A stretch of DNA of 32,000 nucleotides from Promethearchaeota archaeon (lineage in GTDB: Archaea; Asgardarchaeota; Lokiarchaeia; Sigyniarchaeales; SOKP01). Position 1 is the first letter of the stretch; each line of letters starts with the position of its first letter. The notes beneath the pieces were generated by a model. The model had not been told where the DNA came from. It was given only the letters and a program-made list of their open reading frames with translations, and made no database searches. This document shows positions 27,082-32,000 of this stretch, one piece after another. The translations under genes and the position numbers were made by a program. The stretch lies in assembly GCA_030606485.1 (NCBI GenBank), contig JAUWGH010000003.1, positions 210,001 through 242,000 of the forward strand, written 5' to 3'.

Positions 27082-27527
27082 ATTTTTAATAAAAAATCCG
27101 TATTTAATTTTTTATATGTTAATAACAGAAAAAATTAAATCTTTTTTAAATAGTAATCTAATTATTTTAACTATATAGTTACCAAAAATAATAAATTCCA
27201 TAAAGATTAATATCGGTTGATAATATCCTTGAATTCTTTAGAGTTTTTCACTTTATAGAAAATCTGTTGTCTTGTTAAATTTAAATGCTTATTTTGCTTG
27301 TTTATTACAAGAAAGAATTAATTTTGCATCGGATCAGCTCCGAGGGTATCCCTCAATTGTGGAAAAGAATTCCCATATCGGGAAAATAAAACGGAAAGTA
27401 TTCCCAAATACTCTTGTAGTGGATGGGATAGAGGCGTTCGGACTAATGCCACAAGTAGTTTGTCAAAATCTGTTTGATAATATTATTTGAAATAATTTGA
27501 ATACAATTTTATTCATTTTAATAGTCT

Positions 27528-27541
27528 GAAGATTTTATATA
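27528..27541 (+). promoter_or_regulatory. Putative BRE/TATA promoter of the MFS gene
   Basis: GAAGATTTTATATA about 60 nt upstream of the ATG at 27602. Confidence 0.45.
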
Positions 27542-27601
27542 TTTAGTAATGTAATATATATCTATTTAAAATAACAATTTTACATAAAAAGGAATTTAAT
27601 C

Positions 27602-28924
27602 ATGACTGAAAGTAAATCCAATTCAAAATGGATTGTATTGGTAATTATTTTAGCAGCAATGATTGCTTGGATGCATGATGGATACTCATTAGTTTTAATT
27701 AGCCTACTTGCTAACGATTTAAAGGCATATTTCGCAGTAAACGATGCTGCAATTGGTCTTGTTATATCGCTTCAATTCGTGTGCACAGTGCCTGGCGCCA
27801 TAATATTTGGCGAATTGGGAGATCGATTTGGACGTAAAAAAGCATTAATTATTTCAATAGCATGGGATGCAATTTTTTCATCATTAACTTCATTAGTCCC
27901 ACCAAATGGTTTTATACTTTTTGCTGTATTAAGAATGGTTTCTGGACTTGGTGTAAGCTGGGGAATTTCTTTCTCTTTAATTTCAGAACATTTTTCACCG
28001 AAAAAAAGAGGGGCTGCTGGTGGGTTGGTTCATTCGACATTTGTTGTTGGATATATCGCTGCGATTATCGTAACATTATTAATTGCACCGTTTGGATGGC
28101 AATTCTGCTTTATAACGGCTTTATTTCCCATACCATTTCTAATACTCTTCTGGTTTGCATTACCCGAATCGGAAATTTGGTCAGAATATGATAAAATAAC
28201 GAAAGAAAAAAAGGTTAAGCAAAAATTAAGAGTTAAAGAAATTTTTAGCGGAAAATGGCTAAAATTAACATTATCATTAATAATACTCTTCTGGTTGTGC
28301 GAAACGGCATATCACACATTAGTAGATTTTGCACCAGTTTTTTTTGAATACCTTTTTGCTCATCTAGGTTATTCAAATCCAGCAACTAGTTCATTAATGT
28401 TTATGCTAGTCCTTATGTTAATAGCAGCATTTGTATTAATTGGTTTCGGCGCATTAAGTGATTTTATCGGCAGAAAAAAGGCGTTTCTTATTGATAATAT
28501 ATTCGGCATTGTAGGTGGCTCAATATTTGGAATATTTCTTTTACTGATGTTTGATAGTTCAATGATTATGGTAGCGGCAATATTAATTACGGTTTCATTT
28601 GGTCTTCATGGCATCTTTGGTGTGTGGTCTTCTGAATTGTATGATACTGAAGTAAGAGCATCAGCAAATTCCATTATATTTTCAATTGCACGTGGGGCAA
28701 GTCTTGGAGCGTTTTTTGTGGGATTAATTTCTGATAGTTTAAATCCATACACTACTACAGCAGAAAGGTTAGCAAATCCATTTATTTCACTTCAAGCATT
28801 AGGCACTGGAATGTTGCTTTGTCTATTAGCATATATTGGGGTATTTATCGTTTTATTCTTCGTACCAGAACCTAAAGATAAAATAATCACAGCTATAAAA
28901 AAACCGAAAATTCTTGAATCTTAA
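27602..28924 (+). CDS. MFS transporter (aromatic acid/sugar porter-like)
   Basis: GELGDRFGRKK motif A, LISEHFSPKKRGAAGG, LPES, second-half GALSDFIGRKK, SELYDTEVRASA and about 12 TM helices. Confidence 0.92.
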   Translation: MTESKSNSKWIVLVIILAAMIAWMHDGYSLVLISLLANDLKAYFAVNDAAIGLVISLQFVCTVPGAIIFGELGDRFGRKKALIISIAWDAIFSSLTSLVPPNGFILFAVLRMVSGLGVSWGISFSLISEHFSPKKRGAAGGLVHSTFVVGYIAAIIVTLLIAPFGWQFCFITALFPIPFLILFWFALPESEIWSEYDKITKEKKVKQKLRVKEIFSGKWLKLTLSLIILFWLCETAYHTLVDFAPVFFEYLFAHLGYSNPATSSLMFMLVLMLIAAFVLIGFGALSDFIGRKKAFLIDNIFGIVGGSIFGIFLLLMFDSSMIMVAAILITVSFGLHGIFGVWSSELYDTEVRASANSIIFSIARGASLGAFFVGLISDSLNPYTTTAERLANPFISLQALGTGMLLCLLAYIGVFIVLFFVPEPKDKIITAIKKPKILES

Positions 28925-29034
28925 AATTTAATTTTAACAATTTTTCTCTTTTTTTTTTATTTTGAGATAACTCATCTTTTGATTAATTAAAAAAACTTAA
29001 GTTTTTAAAAAAAAAATTAGTGGTTAAAATCATT

Positions 29035-30318
29035 TCAATTTAGTTTCAAATCTTTTATTTTCTCTTTAATTTGATAAATTGCATTGTCTATTATATTAGC
29101 TGCTATGAAAGATGTCTCATCGTTTGCTTTTTGTTTCAATATTTTATACTTTAAATTAAAAGCTTCCAAGAGTATTTTATTATGCATTTCATCGGTTCCT
29201 TTTATTATAATATCAAGAATATGAAGGGATAATTGTAATTTTCCTTCTTCAAATAGTTTTTTAGCATGTTCAATATAGTTCTCTTCGCTATTCAATCTCA
29301 AAAATTCTTTTGCAATCTCTTCTGACTTAGCTGGAAACAGATCTGTTGGATTTCCGCTATTATACCAACCATGATATAATCTATAACTTGCATGTATTGC
29401 AAAACGAACACACCCGTACATTGGTCTTAAATATTTATGTTTTTTGAATTTCTCCGGATAAATCTCAAGTATTTCATGGTATATCTGTTCAAACCATTTA
29501 CCTTCATTTAATCTTTTTACAACCTCATCATGTACAAAATGCATAGCCTCTGCTGTAATTGATAAGACATCTTTTACTTTTTCTTTACCTTCAACTAAAG
29601 GACCATGCCCGGGAATTAAATAGTCAGCGTGTTTTTCCATCATCCTTTCCATTGCTATAGCCCATTGTTTAGGATATCGTTGCACTTTATATGGATTGCC
29701 AACATTAGGGAAAGAAGAGACCATCAAATCTCCCGCACATATGAGCTTTTTTTCTGGTACCCATAACCAAATTGAATCGTCAGTTTCACCTTTATCATGA
29801 TAGATATTAAAAGTACAATCACCTAATTTAAATGAATATTCTGCCTTATTTCCATGTATAATTATAGTAGGATCAAGTGTTTCATGTGCTGAAACAAGAA
29901 TCTTTTGTCTCTTACCAGATACGGAAGCAAATTGTTGTTTGTTTAACCAATTATGATAGTTATCTAACATTCTATATTTTTCAAATCTTCTTTCGCAATT
30001 TTCGTGGGCAATTATTTGAGGCATCTCCCAACCTTTTTCCTTAATTTCTTCAATGAACGGTGCATACCCAAAACAATGGTCAAAATGTCCATGTGAATAG
30101 ATAATATATTTAACCTGTTTATTCGTAAATTCTCGAACCTCTTTAAATGTCCTTGGGCCATATTGCACTATGGGAAGATCAAATATTACTAAACCGTCAT
30201 CAGTTTCAATAACACCCGTATTACCCATGCCGGGGATTATATGGCATGAATTGTCTGCAAACGTGGAAGATGGAAACATTCCAAACCAATCACGCATACC
30301 TTGATTTGTAACTCTCAT
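29035..30318 (-). CDS. Metallo-beta-lactamase-fold hydrolase, alkyl sulfatase-like, with C-terminal dimerisation region
   Basis: YSHGHFDH, GETDD, CAGD, PNVGNP and LIPGHG motifs, followed by YRLYHGWYNSGNPTDL. Confidence 0.85.
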   Translation of the reverse strand: MRVTNQGMRDWFGMFPSSTFADNSCHIIPGMGNTGVIETDDGLVIFDLPIVQYGPRTFKEVREFTNKQVKYIIYSHGHFDHCFGYAPFIEEIKEKGWEMPQIIAHENCERRFEKYRMLDNYHNWLNKQQFASVSGKRQKILVSAHETLDPTIIIHGNKAEYSFKLGDCTFNIYHDKGETDDSIWLWVPEKKLICAGDLMVSSFPNVGNPYKVQRYPKQWAIAMERMMEKHADYLIPGHGPLVEGKEKVKDVLSITAEAMHFVHDEVVKRLNEGKWFEQIYHEILEIYPEKFKKHKYLRPMYGCVRFAIHASYRLYHGWYNSGNPTDLFPAKSEEIAKEFLRLNSEENYIEHAKKLFEEGKLQLSLHILDIIIKGTDEMHNKILLEAFNLKYKILKQKANDETSFIAANIIDNAIYQIKEKIKDLKLN

Positions 30319-30762
30319 AATTTTTACTTACTCAACATTTTTTTAATTTTTTATTAATTAAAACTATACTTCTTGACTTATATAAAAATTAAACTCATAA
30401 TATAAAATCATTCAACTATTGAATTTTACTAAAAAATCAAATAAAGTAAAGACGATATAATTTCCCATTATTCAAAAATAGAAATTCATTACCTATTTAT
30501 AAACTTGAGAAAAGAGCTATTCCAATTTGTAATATAAGAGTAAAAATATTATTGAATCTTTTTTTATGAAAAATTATAGTTCAAAAATTTACCATTTCAA
30601 TTTAAATAACGGTATCAGAGTTATTAGTCTTAAACATTTTAAACATATTTTCTAAATGAAGATTTTATTGAAAATTCTTATTAATCAATTTTTTTCATTT
30701 CTCTTGTAATTCTCAAATAAATAAGAGAAATCTTAAAATTTACTTAAAACGAAATAAATAGT

Positions 30763-31500
30763 ATGGTTAAATTAATTTATCATGGTTGTATAAACTTAAG
30801 CAAATTACCAAATCTATGTGAAGCGGGAACAGAATTAATCAAATTTCTTGAGCCAGAATATCAAGAGTTAGAAGACCCTCCTTGTTGTGGCTCATTATTA
30901 TTTCATACTGACGAGGAGGGGGCAAGAAAGAATTGTAATGAGGTCTATGATTGGTTAAAAAAGAATAATGTAACAGAATTAACAACTATTTGTGCGGGGT
31001 GTTATAATTATTTTGTAACGTTTTATCCACAATATATACCTGAATTTGATGTTAAAATAAATCACATATCACAGTTTCTTTCGAAACCAGAATATATGCA
31101 AATGCTTGATTTGAAATATCCCGGAGAAAAGAAAATAAAAATAACATATCATGATCCATGCCATATGAAAAATGCTCGGATTCCAATATTCGAAGAACCA
31201 AGAGTAATACTAAGTAATATAAAGAATGTTGATTTAATGGCTCTTGAGTGGGAGAGAGAATTATCAACTTGTTGCGGAGCAGGAGCTGGGGTATATTCTT
31301 CGTTTAAGGAGGTCAGTAATTTTACTACAGCAGATATTTTTAGGCAAGTTAAAAAGTCAAGAGCTAAAATTCTTATTACTCCATGTAGCTTTTGCTATGT
31401 ATCGTTTAAAAGACTTGAATCAGAAAAAAATCCACGATTTAAAATATTAAAACTTGAGGAATTCATAAATAAATTGAAAAAAGGAGAGGTGATTGAATAA
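30763..31500 (+). CDS. Two-CCG-domain Fe-S protein (LutA/YkgE/GlcF-like)
   Basis: PPCCG, TICAGC, YHDPCH, TCCGAGAG and PCSFC motifs; coupled to a LutB-like gene. Confidence 0.85.
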   Translation: MVKLIYHGCINLSKLPNLCEAGTELIKFLEPEYQELEDPPCCGSLLFHTDEEGARKNCNEVYDWLKKNNVTELTTICAGCYNYFVTFYPQYIPEFDVKINHISQFLSKPEYMQMLDLKYPGEKKIKITYHDPCHMKNARIPIFEEPRVILSNIKNVDLMALEWERELSTCCGAGAGVYSSFKEVSNFTTADIFRQVKKSRAKILITPCSFCYVSFKRLESEKNPRFKILKLEEFINKLKKGEVIE

Positions 31501-32000
31501 TGACATCAGGAAAAGAATTATATGAAAATAATAAGGAAAAACTTAAGAAACTTCTTGATGAAACGAGCGAAGAGTATCAATTTGCTGATTTTTGGGGTAA
31601 TCTTGCATCAGTTAAAAAGCACCGAGAATTTGATGAGGATACTAAAGAATATGTTGATAAATATGTAGATAAATTAAGACCAATGAGAGAAGAATTAGTA
31701 AATAATCTTGAAAAATATACTGAACAAGCAATGAAATCAATAGAAAAAACTGGCGCCAAAGTTTATCTAGCTAAGACTAATGAGCAAGCTCAAAAATTAT
31801 TTTTACAAGAATTAGGAGATGAACGAACTCTATATAAATCAAAAAGTGCAGATGCAAAAGAAATGGGCATTTTAGATGCTTGTAAAAAAAATGGAATAGA
31901 GGTTATCGAAACAGACCTTGGAGATGTTTTGGTGCAAATGTTTGAATATGAACTGCCATCATATCAATTAGCACCGGGAGTGCATTTTCACCCTAGTCAA
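31500..32000 (+). CDS. LutB/YkgF-like LUD-domain protein (5' part, runs off the window); absent from the ORF track
   Basis: ATG at 31500 overlaps the upstream TAA, with RBS GGAGAGGTGA. Translation includes YKSKSADAKEMG...IEVIETDLGDVLVQM...PSYQLAPGVH, matching the LutB KSKS...ETDLGE...P.H..APA.H pattern. Confidence 0.8.
   Translation, partial: MTSGKELYENNKEKLKKLLDETSEEYQFADFWGNLASVKKHREFDEDTKEYVDKYVDKLRPMREELVNNLEKYTEQAMKSIEKTGAKVYLAKTNEQAQKLFLQELGDERTLYKSKSADAKEMGILDACKKNGIEVIETDLGDVLVQMFEYELPSYQLAPGVHFHPSQ

Noticed and set aside
27325-27385. Minus-strand TGAGGGATACCCTCGGAGCTGATCCG resembles the 5' half of a TPP riboswitch.
   Set aside because: The required P5 loop and P4/P1 3' strand (UAAUGC...GCG.AGGGA) do not follow, and the invariant CUGAGA is not exact.
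27433-27454. GTTCGGAC resembling a tRNA T-loop.
   Set aside because: No pairing T-stem, acceptor stem or anticodon arm could be built.
1-32000. CRISPR arrays, IS/transposases, integrases and rRNA/tRNA genes.
   Set aside because: No regularly spaced repeats, terminal inverted repeats, recombinase motifs or RNA-gene signatures were found on manual reading.

Overview
AT-rich archaeal window, most likely an Asgard archaeon of the Lokiarchaeia group. This is inferred from archaeal-type DNA ligase and AMP phosphorylase, GGTGA-like ribosome-binding sites, a gelsolin-domain protein and UGA-recoded HdrA/MvhD. Gene order: Ltp3-like Cys-less thiolase plus DUF35 partner, Zn-dependent dehydrogenase, hisS, pyrF, an hdrA-mvhD pair, a SNAP-like helical/beta-sandwich protein, a short AMP phosphorylase, an M28 peptidase, a dpp/opp ABC transporter operon, lig, a gelsolin-like protein, a HisC-like protein, a Zn-ribbon/longin-like protein, PAP2, MFS, an alkyl-sulfatase-like MBL hydrolase and lutA/lutB-like genes. 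The ORF track fragments or misses the main feature. hdrA (5837-7801) and mvhD (7807-8223) are full-length frames with five in-frame UGA codons at Cys-equivalent positions, followed by two AUGA-N22-GA SECIS-like elements. The least explained item is a HisC homolog whose PLP Schiff-base lysine is replaced by Ser, lying just upstream of a putative tandem-longin gene. No rRNA, tRNA, CRISPR array or mobile element was recognised. All family assignments come from motif recognition by eye, not from database searches.
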